A DNA stretch of 64,000 nt from a virus, in the IMG/VR virus record IMGVR_UViG_3300017814_000184; one strand, given 5' to 3'. The notes under the pieces are model-generated. The model worked only from the letters and a program-made list of their open reading frames with translations. It ran no database searches and was not told the origin of the DNA. The translations under genes and the position numbers were made by a program. Each line of letters opens with the position of its first letter. Positions within the stretch are counted from its first letter, which is position 1. Of this stretch, positions 26,910 through 36,374 are shown one piece after another.

Positions 26910-27140
26910 ATGAAAACATACGACGACATTTTTCGCCAAATAGCGAAAAAGGAAAAGACGACGGTCGAACAGGTTTATAAGGATATACAGGAGGCGATTG
27001 ACGCGGGGTTTGATAATCTCGACCCCGAAGTACGGGCGGTTTGGAAAGACATTCCGTTCAAAGGCGCTCGACCGACGCCGGAGGACGTTATTTCCTACTG
27101 CGCCTTGCGTCTCGCCCCGCCAAAAGGCTTGGCGCAATAA
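26910..27140 (+). CDS. Spo0A C-terminal (effector) domain-like protein without receiver domain
   Basis: IFRQIAKKEKTTVEQVYKDIQEAI..RPTPEDVISYCALRL aligns by eye with Spo0A IAKKFNTTASRVERAIRHAI..KPTNSEFIAMVADKL. Confidence 0.7.
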   Translation: MKTYDDIFRQIAKKEKTTVEQVYKDIQEAIDAGFDNLDPEVRAVWKDIPFKGARPTPEDVISYCALRLAPPKGLAQ

Positions 27141-27141
27141 A

Positions 27142-27173
27142 AAAGTGGTCTGTATCATAATGTGATACAGACC
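27142..27173. repeat. 32 bp palindromic element, copy 1
   Basis: GGTCTGTATCA-TAATG-TGATACAGACC perfect 11-5-11 palindrome; 30/32 identical to the reverse complement of 55185-55216. Confidence 0.9.
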
Positions 27174-27202
27174 AAATCATATACGCTTTTACGAAAACAT
27201 AG

Positions 27203-27565
27203 TCAGTTGTATTCCTCGAAGACTCCGATTTGCACCTGCAGCGCCGTCGTTATCTGCCCCATGACCTTCTTACTCGTGATTTCTCCTTTGTAGTCCAAGA
27301 GACGGTCTTTATCTAACGTCTCCACTTGCTCGGCAAGAGCAAGGCTCGTGCGGTTCAGTCCAATGCCGGCCGTGGTCGGGATAAGCACATGGGTCGGCAG
27401 CTGTGTCTTTCGGGTTTTGGAGGTCAGCGGCACAACGGTTACAACGGGCGAATGCGTATTTGCTTTATTGTTGCTGACCACCACGGCAGGGCGAGTCCCG
27501 CTCTGCTTGAAGCTGCCTATGTTGTCGCCGAAGTCCACAAAGTAGATTTCTCCTCGTTTACACAT
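27203..27565 (-). CDS. PemK/MazF-family endoribonuclease-like protein
   Basis: RGEIYFVDFG..QSGTRPAVVVSNN..VTVVPLTS..LAEQVETLDKDRL. Confidence 0.88.
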   Translation of the reverse strand: MCKRGEIYFVDFGDNIGSFKQSGTRPAVVVSNNKANTHSPVVTVVPLTSKTRKTQLPTHVLIPTTAGIGLNRTSLALAEQVETLDKDRLLDYKGEITSKKVMGQITTALQVQIGVFEEYN

Positions 27566-27578
27566 ATCGTTGACCTCC

Positions 27579-28070
27579 TCAATTCAAAATGTACGCCGCC
27601 ACCTCTGCGTCGTGGACGGTATAGAGCCTGTCCAGCTCGACAATGGCGCGTTTTCTGTATTTGACCACCATCGTGCGGCTGACGAAATATTTTGCGGCAA
27701 GGGAGTCGTAAGTCATGCCGTCGAGTACCATATCTTTCATTATCCCCGACAGTTTGCCGGGTAAAGATGAAAGCGCCGACTCGAAGAATCGCAGTTCCTC
27801 AGAAAGCAGGAGGTATTTCTTTTCGAGGTATTCATACCACTCGCTGTTGATGCGTTCCATGCGCTCTCTGTACGAAATGGCGATACGGGCAGTTTTGTCC
27901 GAAACGCCGCTCGTCTGAACCCGATCCCCTTCGGGATGGGAGAAAAGCATCGACTCAATCATCTCCGTTTCGGAAATACCGCGAAAGTTGCGGATTTGAT
28001 TTTCAAGGCACTTGACCTCGGTTTTCATCTGCGGATAATCCCGCATCAGCTTTTCTATCCTTTCACTCAT
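27579..28070 (-). CDS. Late transcriptional activator-like protein (ArpU/RinA/DUF1492-like, sigma region 4 HTH)
   Basis: C-terminal MTYDSLAAKYFVSRTMVVKYRKRAI HTH; last gene of the replication module. Confidence 0.7.
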   Translation of the reverse strand: MSERIEKLMRDYPQMKTEVKCLENQIRNFRGISETEMIESMLFSHPEGDRVQTSGVSDKTARIAISYRERMERINSEWYEYLEKKYLLLSEELRFFESALSSLPGKLSGIMKDMVLDGMTYDSLAAKYFVSRTMVVKYRKRAIVELDRLYTVHDAEVAAYILN

Positions 28071-29413
28071 ACGCCGCCTCCTATTCGGGCCTTGACCGCT
28101 TCGATCAAAGCGTCTTGGCTCATGTCCTTTCTGTCCAAAGCTCTCATAACGTCCTCGTCGTGAGTGCCGCTTGTGATAATGTGGTGGATGACCACCGAGT
28201 TCTTCTGTCCCTGTCTCCAAAGACGGGCGTTTAGCTGTTTGTACAGTTCAAGCGACCAGGTCAGCCCGAACCACACGATGGTCGAACCGCCGTCCTGTAG
28301 GTTCAGCCCGTGTCCGCCCGAAGCGGGGTGCAAGAGAGCCACGGGAATTTTTCCTTCGTTCCAGTCGGTGATATCCTTTGCCGTGGAGATCTCCCGCACG
28401 TTAAACCTCGCCTTGATGCGGTCGCGGTCGTGATTAAACCAGAACGCCACAAGGAGCGGTTTCCCGTTGGCGGCTTCGATGATATCCTCCAAAGCGTCGA
28501 GCTTGCGGTCGTGGATGCGGTGAACCTTCCGCTCCTCGCCATAAACCGCGCCGTTTGCCATTTGAAGGAGCTTGCTCGAAAGGGCAGCGGCGTTGACGGC
28601 GTCAAGTTCTCCGTCCGGCAGCTTCAAGACCATGTCCTGACGGAATTTGTCGTAAAGCGCCGATTCCTTGCTGTCCATGTGAACTTCAACCTTGTTGCTG
28701 ATCAGCTCCGGCATGGCGAGGTGGTCGGTCGCCTTCATGGAGACGCAGATGTCGGAAATAAGCTCGTATATCTTTTCCTCCGCACCCTCGCGGGGCTTGT
28801 AGCTGTACACGATTTCCCGATTGCGCTTGTCGGGGAGAAAGAAGCGGTCGCGGTATCCGCCGATAAAGCGGCCGAGCCGTTTGCCCATATCCAAAAGGTA
28901 AATCTCCGGCCATAGGTCGATGAGCGAGTTCGGCGCCGGAGTGCCTGTCAGCCCGATGACCCTTGTGATAAGCGGCCTTACACGCTTGAGGGCTTTGAAC
29001 CGCTGCGCTTTCGCCGATTTGAAGGAGGACAGTTCGTCGATGACCAGGGTGTCGAAGTCCCACTTGTAGTTCTCCACGAGCCACGCCACATTCTCCCGGT
29101 TGATGATGTAAATGAACGCTCTCTGTTGCAGAGCTTCGCGGCGTTGCTTTTCGCCGCCGAGAACCAGGGAATAGGTCAGCCCGTCAAGGTGATCCCATTT
29201 TGCCAGCTCCTTCGGCCAGGTATCCTCCGCCACGCGCTTGGGAGCGATGACGAGGACTTTGCCCACGTCGAAACTGTCAAGTATCAAGTCCCACAGAGCG
29301 GTCAGCGTTATCACGCTTTTGCCGAGGCCCATATCGAGTATCAAACCGCAGGCCGGATGCGTCAGTACGAAGTCGGTCGCAAAGGTCTGGTAATTATGAG
29401 GATTGTATTTCAT
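28067..29413 (-). CDS. SNF2-family helicase
   Basis: DMGLGKS, VIDELS, GLTGTP, GHGLNLQ, NARLWRQGQ. Confidence 0.93.
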   Translation of the reverse strand: MKYNPHNYQTFATDFVLTHPACGLILDMGLGKSVITLTALWDLILDSFDVGKVLVIAPKRVAEDTWPKELAKWDHLDGLTYSLVLGGEKQRREALQQRAFIYIINRENVAWLVENYKWDFDTLVIDELSSFKSAKAQRFKALKRVRPLITRVIGLTGTPAPNSLIDLWPEIYLLDMGKRLGRFIGGYRDRFFLPDKRNREIVYSYKPREGAEEKIYELISDICVSMKATDHLAMPELISNKVEVHMDSKESALYDKFRQDMVLKLPDGELDAVNAAALSSKLLQMANGAVYGEERKVHRIHDRKLDALEDIIEAANGKPLLVAFWFNHDRDRIKARFNVREISTAKDITDWNEGKIPVALLHPASGGHGLNLQDGGSTIVWFGLTWSLELYKQLNARLWRQGQKNSVVIHHIITSGTHDEDVMRALDRKDMSQDALIEAVKARIGGGV

Positions 29414-29675
29414 CCAAAACGCCTCCAATCTGTTCTGTGCCGTCTACGCAGTAGACCTTGAAACCGAGAGCGGTAAGCTGTTCAATGCGTCGGAGCTGAA
29501 GGGGTCGCGGCCTTTTTCCGGGCGCCTTCAATTCCACGAATGCCAGACGACCTCCGGGTAGAAGTACCAGACGGTCGGGCACTCCATCTAACCCCGGCGA
29601 TACGAATTTGGCGGCAAGCCCACCACGCTTTTTTGTCTCGATGACGAGCTTGCGCTCGATTGTACTTTCTCGCAT
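29394..29675 (-). CDS. VRR-NUC domain nuclease
   Basis: GVPDRLVL..FVELKAPG..RPLQ. Confidence 0.9.
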   Translation of the reverse strand: MRESTIERKLVIETKKRGGLAAKFVSPGLDGVPDRLVLLPGGRLAFVELKAPGKRPRPLQLRRIEQLTALGFKVYCVDGTEQIGGVLDEIQSS

Positions 29676-29903
29676 AACATAGCCTCCCGTTCCTCTGAAC
29701 CGTTCTTTGCCCCAAAATCCCTATACGCGCATATACATACATGAACGTGCCTGTTTTCAACCTTTTTTACCTTGTAGACCATATAATGCTTGAAGTAAGG
29801 AACAGTAGGAACAGAGCCGTCGTAGCGCCGTGTCGGACTACCGTTTGCGGATGTTCCTTTCTCCGTTCCCTCTCTAAAGCAAGGAATCACAAGCACGTTC
29901 CTA

Positions 29904-32291
29904 TCATGCGTTTGCTGTTCCTTCGGCATGGCGCACGAAGGTCTTTTGAGGGCCGTAAAGGGGATAGCGCGACTTGCCGCTTTTGTTGGCGGTCATAATC
30001 TCCCACTCGCCGAGCCGCATGATAATGCCTTCAATCTCATAGGAGTCCGTGCGTTTGAGGTTCTGCCGCTCTTTGCAGAAGCACTCGCACCATATTTCCA
30101 TAATGCAGACCTTGCTTCGGCGCACCGTACCGTTGGCGGCGGCTCCGTCAAACTCGCTACCGCCCAGGAAGCTCCTTCTCTGATACAAATCCATCGCGTC
30201 CCAGTTTTCGGGCAGGAGACGATCGAGGTAATCGGATACCACGCCCTCGCGGTCGTCGGCCTCCATCGCTTCCTGCTGCGCGCCGTATGCGAGATCGGCG
30301 ACGTCGCCTTTTAGATACAGTTCCTCGCCGTCACGGTATTTCACGATGGCTTCAGCCCAAATCTGATTGACAAGCTCCGGCGTGACGCTCCACACGGGTC
30401 GGTTGCCCTTGCCCGTTACAAGAACAGGCCAGAAGCGGCGGTTGCCTGTGACGTCGCGCAGGAAGCCGGACTCCGAGTTGGTCGACCCGACGATGACGTT
30501 GTTGCGAGGATGGCTCTCTACCGTTACGCCGTAGGACTGGCGGAACTTATCGTCGGTGCGGGTGATAAACGACTTGACAGTCTCCACATCGACCTTTTTA
30601 ATTCCGGCAAGCTCGCCCAATTCGAGAATCCAATATCCCTGCAGCTTCTCGGCTGCGGTCTTGTCCCTCATATCCGAAATGGTGAGCGAGTCCGAATACC
30701 ACTCCTGACCGAGTCGTGCAAAAAGCGTGGATTTGCCGATACCCTGCGGACCGTTCAGCACGAGGATTGAGTCGAACTTCACGCCCGGCTCGTACACACG
30801 GGCGACGGCGGCGCAGAGCGTTTTTCTCGTTACCGCGTGGGTGTAGGCATTATCCTCCGCTCCGAGATAATCCACGAGCAAACGGTCTACGCGCTCCTCT
30901 CCATCCCAGGAAAGCGTGTCAAAGTAGTTCTTGATGGGGTGATAGACCCGCTCCGCAGAGATGACAGCAAGCAGGGCGTCCTTGAATTTTGTCGGCGACC
31001 ATATGCCGTAGACCCGCTCGAAGTACACCTTCGCGCAAGCGACGTCGGCGTCGCCCCATCCGGGCTTTACCTGCTTCCACGGCACTTCGCCGATCACGTC
31101 CACCATGCACTTGAACTCGTTGTAAACGATGGCGTGAAGATTCGGGTCAAAGCGGACGATGTTGGCAAGGTTCGTGAGCGTATCCTTTACGCGCCCCTGC
31201 TTGTCGAGTTCGAGGACGCTCTGCCAGTCGTCGGCGTCTGAGGTGAACTCTCGGGAGGCGGCGATCTGACGCTCCTTGGCAAGCTGCAGCTTCACGCCTT
31301 CGTCTTGAACGGCGAATTCCTGCATCGCCTTGAACGACGGGAGTTTGCCGGAGTCGGCGTCTTCGTCCGCTTTGGTGTCGAGCGCGCCGAACCGATGAAG
31401 GCGGACAACATCAAAGGCGTTCAGCAACTTGCCGCAAGCGGGGTCGGTTGCATGATGGCTGTAGCAATATTTATCGTCGTAGATAACCACGCCGGCCTGT
31501 GAATCGGCAGGGATATAGTCGAAGCGACCCGGCATGGCGCTGTGTTTGTAAACATCTGTGAGAAAGGTCTCAATCGCCTCTTGCACAGAGTACGTCCGGC
31601 AAAACGCCCCTACCGTACCGGGCTTTTCGAGCGGGTCAGCCTGTTTTTTGACCTCGCGCTGCACCACCGTTACCTGGCGTTTGGACACGGGCCACTCCGC
31701 CGTGTTATGCCAGTCGACGTATTTGGCGAGAACCGCGTCGGGATCGAGTAGCGCGCCGTCGATCTCTCGGAAGATAAACTCTCCGTCCGAGGAGGTCGAA
31801 GGCCAGTACATGAGACGGCTCGGCTCGTAGGTGGTGTCGTCGAACTGCTCGATTCCGATTCCCTCGGCGACCTTTCTGCCAACCGCCATGTATTCGTCCG
31901 GGGTTACGTCACGGGAGAGCGGGACGATGAGCCGGAATCGGGGTTTCTCCGGGGTGTGCTTATGGGTGCTGTAGAACCAGCAGCGGAAGGAGAAGAACAT
32001 CTCGATTTGGTCGATGACGCTCGCTTCCGCATAGTCCATATCCAGGCACAGAGCGGAGCGGGAAATGACGCTGTCCTTCTTCCTGCGTCCGTTTTTGAGA
32101 ACGCCGAGAACGAAACCGCCCACATCCTTGATGTCGTCCTGTTTTGCTTTGGAGAGCTTTTTATACTGTTCGACCGTTTCGGCCGTCCGCTTGGTGATGG
32201 CGATGCGATCCCGGAACTCGTCAAGCTCCATCTCGACAAGATTCCACTTCTTATCCATGCGGCTGTTGCCGACAGATACCTTTATCTTCAT
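29904..32291 (-). CDS. Primase-helicase (VapE/VirE family)
   Basis: N-terminal PrimPol-like STHKH..PRFR; Walker A GPQGIGKST; GNRRFWP. Confidence 0.9.
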   Translation of the reverse strand: MKIKVSVGNSRMDKKWNLVEMELDEFRDRIAITKRTAETVEQYKKLSKAKQDDIKDVGGFVLGVLKNGRRKKDSVISRSALCLDMDYAEASVIDQIEMFFSFRCWFYSTHKHTPEKPRFRLIVPLSRDVTPDEYMAVGRKVAEGIGIEQFDDTTYEPSRLMYWPSTSSDGEFIFREIDGALLDPDAVLAKYVDWHNTAEWPVSKRQVTVVQREVKKQADPLEKPGTVGAFCRTYSVQEAIETFLTDVYKHSAMPGRFDYIPADSQAGVVIYDDKYCYSHHATDPACGKLLNAFDVVRLHRFGALDTKADEDADSGKLPSFKAMQEFAVQDEGVKLQLAKERQIAASREFTSDADDWQSVLELDKQGRVKDTLTNLANIVRFDPNLHAIVYNEFKCMVDVIGEVPWKQVKPGWGDADVACAKVYFERVYGIWSPTKFKDALLAVISAERVYHPIKNYFDTLSWDGEERVDRLLVDYLGAEDNAYTHAVTRKTLCAAVARVYEPGVKFDSILVLNGPQGIGKSTLFARLGQEWYSDSLTISDMRDKTAAEKLQGYWILELGELAGIKKVDVETVKSFITRTDDKFRQSYGVTVESHPRNNVIVGSTNSESGFLRDVTGNRRFWPVLVTGKGNRPVWSVTPELVNQIWAEAIVKYRDGEELYLKGDVADLAYGAQQEAMEADDREGVVSDYLDRLLPENWDAMDLYQRRSFLGGSEFDGAAANGTVRRSKVCIMEIWCECFCKERQNLKRTDSYEIEGIIMRLGEWEIMTANKSGKSRYPLYGPQKTFVRHAEGTANA

Positions 32292-32683
32292 TTCGCTTTC
32301 CTCCCCGTGAGCTGTTCAATATTTCGAGTAATGCGCTCGTGCTGTCGTTTGACATTCTTGAGCTGCGAGTAAACGTCGTCATAATCCTTTTCAGAAAGCG
32401 TCGCGTCATCCAATCGTCCGTCCAGTTCGAGAGCCTTGTCCGCATAGGACTTCGCTTTGCGGAGCAGAATGGCGAGAAGCTCCTCTTGTTGGATTGCCGT
32501 GCAATGCTCCCGGACGAGCCGGAATACCTTTTTACCTTTCTCGACCGGGCAAGGAAAGAAATTCTCGACATTCAGTTCCATGTACCCGGTCGGATACGAA
32601 ATACGGAAACGCTCCGAATTGCGTATCGCGTCATAGGCCGTGGGGTCGCAATACCCCTCGGCGTTATATCTGTTCACTCCCAT
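32288..32683 (-). CDS. Hypothetical phage protein
   Basis: MGVNRYNAEGYCDPTAYDAI N-terminus; coupled to the VapE gene. Confidence 0.75.
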   Translation of the reverse strand: MGVNRYNAEGYCDPTAYDAIRNSERFRISYPTGYMELNVENFFPCPVEKGKKVFRLVREHCTAIQQEELLAILLRKAKSYADKALELDGRLDDATLSEKDYDDVYSQLKNVKRQHERITRNIEQLTGRKAK

Positions 32684-32695
32684 CGTTGTACCTCC

Positions 32696-34633
32696 TCAAT
32701 CTTTTTTATAGAACTCGCATTCGTAGCCATCGGCTCGAAGCGGCAGGCCGTCCGCCCATTCGGGGGCTTCCGACATAATTCGACAAATCTCGTCAACGGA
32801 TGACACGCCGTCCGGGACTTCAATGACGGCTTCGTCGTGGATGTGCATGACAATGGCAAACCCGGCATTCCGCAGCCGGAGCATTGCGTCCGCAAGCAGG
32901 TCGCGAGCCGTCGCCTGGACAATGTTTTCAACAATTTTCGGACCATAGGTTTCGATACGCATCCACTTCTTGCTTTCACCGACGCCCTCATAGGTCAGCC
33001 CCATTCTGCCGAAACGGTTTGTAGCAAGGCGTGGCTTGATGTACGAGAGTTTTCGACCGCTTGGAAGCGTGATGAACAGGATGCCGGAACGCCATGCAAA
33101 CGTGATGCGGCCGACCGAGGTTTTCGTCTTCTCCTCCACGGCTGTGTATGCCGCCGAATCGCAGTCCCACCAGTATTTCGTGATGTGCGGATTCGCCGCG
33201 CGCCATTGATTCACGAGCGGTTGAAGCTCCTCCTCGGTCAGTCCCATATCCAAAGCGCCCATCGCTGTCAAAGCTCCCACAGAGCCGCCATAGCCGAGAG
33301 CTAACTCCGCGATCTTGCCCTTCTGCCGGATAGGGTCGCCCTTGTGGATGCTCTCCACAGGAACGCCAAACATGGCTGCGGCAGAGGCTTCGTAGATTTT
33401 GCCGTGGGTGGCAAACACATCAAGCCGCCACGACTCTCCGGCGAGCCATGCGATGACCCGCGCTTCTATTGCGCTGAAGTCTGCGACGATGAATCTGCAT
33501 CCTGGACGGGGAACAAAGGCTGTGCGGATAAGCTCCGAAAGCACCCCTGGGGTGGAATCGAATAGCAAATCGACGTCATCGAAACGCCGCTTTTTTATAA
33601 GATCGCGGGCAAGCCCCAGATCGGGGATGTGGTTTTGCGGAAGGTTCTGAACCTGGACGAGCCGTCCCGCCCATCTGCCTGTCCTGTTTGCACCATAAAA
33701 TTGAAGCAGTCCGTGGACTCGACCATCCGAGCAGACGGAACGCTCTATAGCCTGGTACTTCTTGACCGAGGTTTTTGCCATGAGAAGTCGGAGCTTCAAC
33801 ATCTCCAAGACCTCGCCGTCCGCATCGCCGATGAGTTCCTTGACCGCCTTCTTGTCGAGACTGTCGGCTTCTACTCCGCGCTCGGACAGCCAGTCCTTGA
33901 CCTGCGCCACGGAGTTGGGGTTGTTAAGCCCGGTCAGCTCGTATGCGCGGCGGGTAGTTTGCTCTTTGTACTGAAGGTCGCATTCAACGGCTCCTGCGAC
34001 AAGCTCGCGGTCGACAAGAATGCCTCTGTCGTTGATTTCCTGGTCGAGCCGATACAGCTCCTGTTCGTGTTCCGGGATGGGGAAGTTCCGCAGCTTCTCA
34101 CGAATTTCGCGCTCGGCCTCAACGTCGCGGACGCAGTATTCCTTGAACTTTGCCCATTTTTCAGGCGCGTCCGCCGGGAGATTGCGCGTCCGACCGCCGT
34201 TGGTCTTTGTCGGCTTGCAGGGAATGCAGAAGAAGCGGAGCAGATCTGCGCCCTCCTTGAGTTTTTTGCGGGTGATGTCGAGAACTTCGCCTACGCCGTC
34301 AAGGGAAAGCGGAAGGGCAAGCATCGCCGATTGTACGGCCGTGCATTGCCACGAAAGCGGCCGGAGCTGTACGCCGAACCACCTTGAAAGGCAGGTGCGC
34401 TCGAATGCTGCGTTGAAAGCCGTTTTCACGATGTTGTCGTCGGTCAGAGCCGAGCGCACCTCCTCCGGCAACACCTCATGGCAAGTAAAGTCCACGATTT
34501 TTACCGGGTCATCATCGAAGGCATAGGCGAATAGCAGAATTTCAAATTTCGGACTGTCGGAATATGCGTAGACCCCCGATTTGGTCAGGTCTATATCCGA
34601 ATAGGTTTCAATGTCTATGGCTAAAGTCTTCAC
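32696..34633 (-). CDS. Family A DNA polymerase (phage type)
   Basis: Exonuclease DIET; motif A DFSAIEAR; motif B KIAELALGY; motif C HIHDE. Confidence 0.95.
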   Translation of the reverse strand: MKTLAIDIETYSDIDLTKSGVYAYSDSPKFEILLFAYAFDDDPVKIVDFTCHEVLPEEVRSALTDDNIVKTAFNAAFERTCLSRWFGVQLRPLSWQCTAVQSAMLALPLSLDGVGEVLDITRKKLKEGADLLRFFCIPCKPTKTNGGRTRNLPADAPEKWAKFKEYCVRDVEAEREIREKLRNFPIPEHEQELYRLDQEINDRGILVDRELVAGAVECDLQYKEQTTRRAYELTGLNNPNSVAQVKDWLSERGVEADSLDKKAVKELIGDADGEVLEMLKLRLLMAKTSVKKYQAIERSVCSDGRVHGLLQFYGANRTGRWAGRLVQVQNLPQNHIPDLGLARDLIKKRRFDDVDLLFDSTPGVLSELIRTAFVPRPGCRFIVADFSAIEARVIAWLAGESWRLDVFATHGKIYEASAAAMFGVPVESIHKGDPIRQKGKIAELALGYGGSVGALTAMGALDMGLTEEELQPLVNQWRAANPHITKYWWDCDSAAYTAVEEKTKTSVGRITFAWRSGILFITLPSGRKLSYIKPRLATNRFGRMGLTYEGVGESKKWMRIETYGPKIVENIVQATARDLLADAMLRLRNAGFAIVMHIHDEAVIEVPDGVSSVDEICRIMSEAPEWADGLPLRADGYECEFYKKD

Positions 34634-34698
34634 GGCGATCTCCTTTCTCCGTTATGTAGGAGGGGCGGCAGTTGCCTACCGCCCCGGTAGTTGTGTGC

Positions 34699-35241
34699 TT
34701 AAGAGAGGAAATCGTCGTCTTCGACCGTGCCGAACTCTTCTGCAGCGTTGGTGCGACCGCCGAGAGACTCGCCATCCCTGAGTTTCTGGATGTTGCCGAG
34801 ACCTGCGGCGATGCCGCGATTGCCGTTGCTGTTGTAACCATAGAAGGTTACGCTGATCCTGCCGTAGCAGCCGGAGTACACTTCGTTCTGGTCGATGACG
34901 GGCTGGACCGCCTTGTCCACGACCTGCGGAGCCTGACGGCTGTTGGCGTTGAAGAAATAGCAGCCCTTGTACGCCTCGTCGTCGGGACGGTCAATATCGC
35001 CGTCGCGCAGAGGGGTCTTGAGGTTACCAGAGACTTTGCCGCCCCACTTGGAAACAGAGTCCTTCTTCGCCTGTTCGATGGCGGCCTTAATAGCCGTAAC
35101 AGTCGCCGTATCAGACTTGGGAACAATAGCGGAAACGCTGTACTTGGGATCGCCGCCGTTTACGGAGTCCGGCTCCCAGCAGTGCAAGTAGGAGAAACGG
35201 CAAGGGACGATAACTTTGGTGTTGTTGGTATTGGTGTTCAT
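34699..35241 (-). CDS. ssDNA-binding protein (DUF2815, T7 gp2.5-like)
   Basis: RFSYLH..KYS..YSGCYGR..GLGNIQK; acidic C-terminus DDDFLS. Confidence 0.88.
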   Translation of the reverse strand: MNTNTNNTKVIVPCRFSYLHCWEPDSVNGGDPKYSVSAIVPKSDTATVTAIKAAIEQAKKDSVSKWGGKVSGNLKTPLRDGDIDRPDDEAYKGCYFFNANSRQAPQVVDKAVQPVIDQNEVYSGCYGRISVTFYGYNSNGNRGIAAGLGNIQKLRDGESLGGRTNAAEEFGTVEDDDFLS

Positions 35242-35243
35242 AA

Positions 35244-36374
35244 TTAAACCTCCTGAAAATCCGCAAGAGCGGTTGTTTTGTTGATGGCTTCACGTTTGTC
35301 GGCGTCGGGTGCGAGGGTGACCTTGCCCTGGGGTTTGTAAATGAGACCGCCGAGGATTCGGGCAAACTCATCTTTTCCCATGAGCTTCTCCATCTCGCCG
35401 ATGCCGATGAGGGATCGCTTGTAGATGTCGGTGTATCCGGCAGCTTTCGCGGCCTCTTCGACCTCCTCGTCGGATGTGTATTTGCGGTTGCTTCTGCCTT
35501 CCACGAGCTTATATCCGGGCCACACCTTGCCGTGGACGATAGCCTGATCCTGGGCGAAGGCATACACATCGGACGCCCATTTTGCCAGCTCGTCTGATTT
35601 GCGGAGAACTTCCGAGATTTCCTCGTCGGTCAAGAGAGCCGGAGCGCGAAACTCCATCTTCGCCAGGGAGAGGAACTCCTCTGCTCTTGCGCGGCATTGA
35701 TTTCTTGCACGACAGAACCTGCACCATGCGCCTGCGGCGAACTCTCCGGCGCCCATCAGCGCCATCGCGCCCCTTGGACGGAGAACCTCGTCGCCCCACT
35801 TCTTCAGCTCGGCGGGAGTGATATCCCAAGTAGACGAGCTGTTGAGTCTGGGCTGAAACACAGTAAGCCGGACCGTCTCCACGTCGAAAATCAGCTCCGC
35901 CATCGCCAGAACGCCGAGACCGTAAATCATGAGCTGCGGGTTTGCGTCGGCATAGACCGGGACTCCCTTACCGAGCTTGAGGTCGATTACATGGGCGACC
36001 TTGTCGGTCACGATGACCGCATCGGCCGTGCCGAAGCACTCGTCCACATAATCCGAAGCGTCTACACGCTGCTCTACGCAGATGACAGGGCTTACACACT
36101 CTCGCCGCGCGTCCTCGATCTCGCCGATGACGAAAGACACATATTCGTCCACGGCTTCAAGCAGTTCGTCAGAGTAGTAATCGGATACCGGGCGTTTGGA
36201 GCGGATTTTGAGATGCTTTTTGATGAGGTGTTCGGCGAGCGCGTGGCCCGCCGTTCCCTCCGCAGCGTATTGGCTTTCGTCCTCGACGAACTGCTCTTCC
36301 AAACGCAGGGAGGGAGGACAGTTCAAACGGCGATTTGCCGCAGAGGGAGAAAACCGGGCGTGGCGTTCGGGCAT
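35244..36374 (-). CDS. DUF2800 Cas4-like PD-(D/E)xK exonuclease
   Basis: HARFSPS..CPPS, FGTAD, IDLKLG, QLMIY, CRFCRARNQC. Confidence 0.88.
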   Translation of the reverse strand: MPERHARFSPSAANRRLNCPPSLRLEEQFVEDESQYAAEGTAGHALAEHLIKKHLKIRSKRPVSDYYSDELLEAVDEYVSFVIGEIEDARRECVSPVICVEQRVDASDYVDECFGTADAVIVTDKVAHVIDLKLGKGVPVYADANPQLMIYGLGVLAMAELIFDVETVRLTVFQPRLNSSSTWDITPAELKKWGDEVLRPRGAMALMGAGEFAAGAWCRFCRARNQCRARAEEFLSLAKMEFRAPALLTDEEISEVLRKSDELAKWASDVYAFAQDQAIVHGKVWPGYKLVEGRSNRKYTSDEEVEEAAKAAGYTDIYKRSLIGIGEMEKLMGKDEFARILGGLIYKPQGKVTLAPDADKREAINKTTALADFQEV

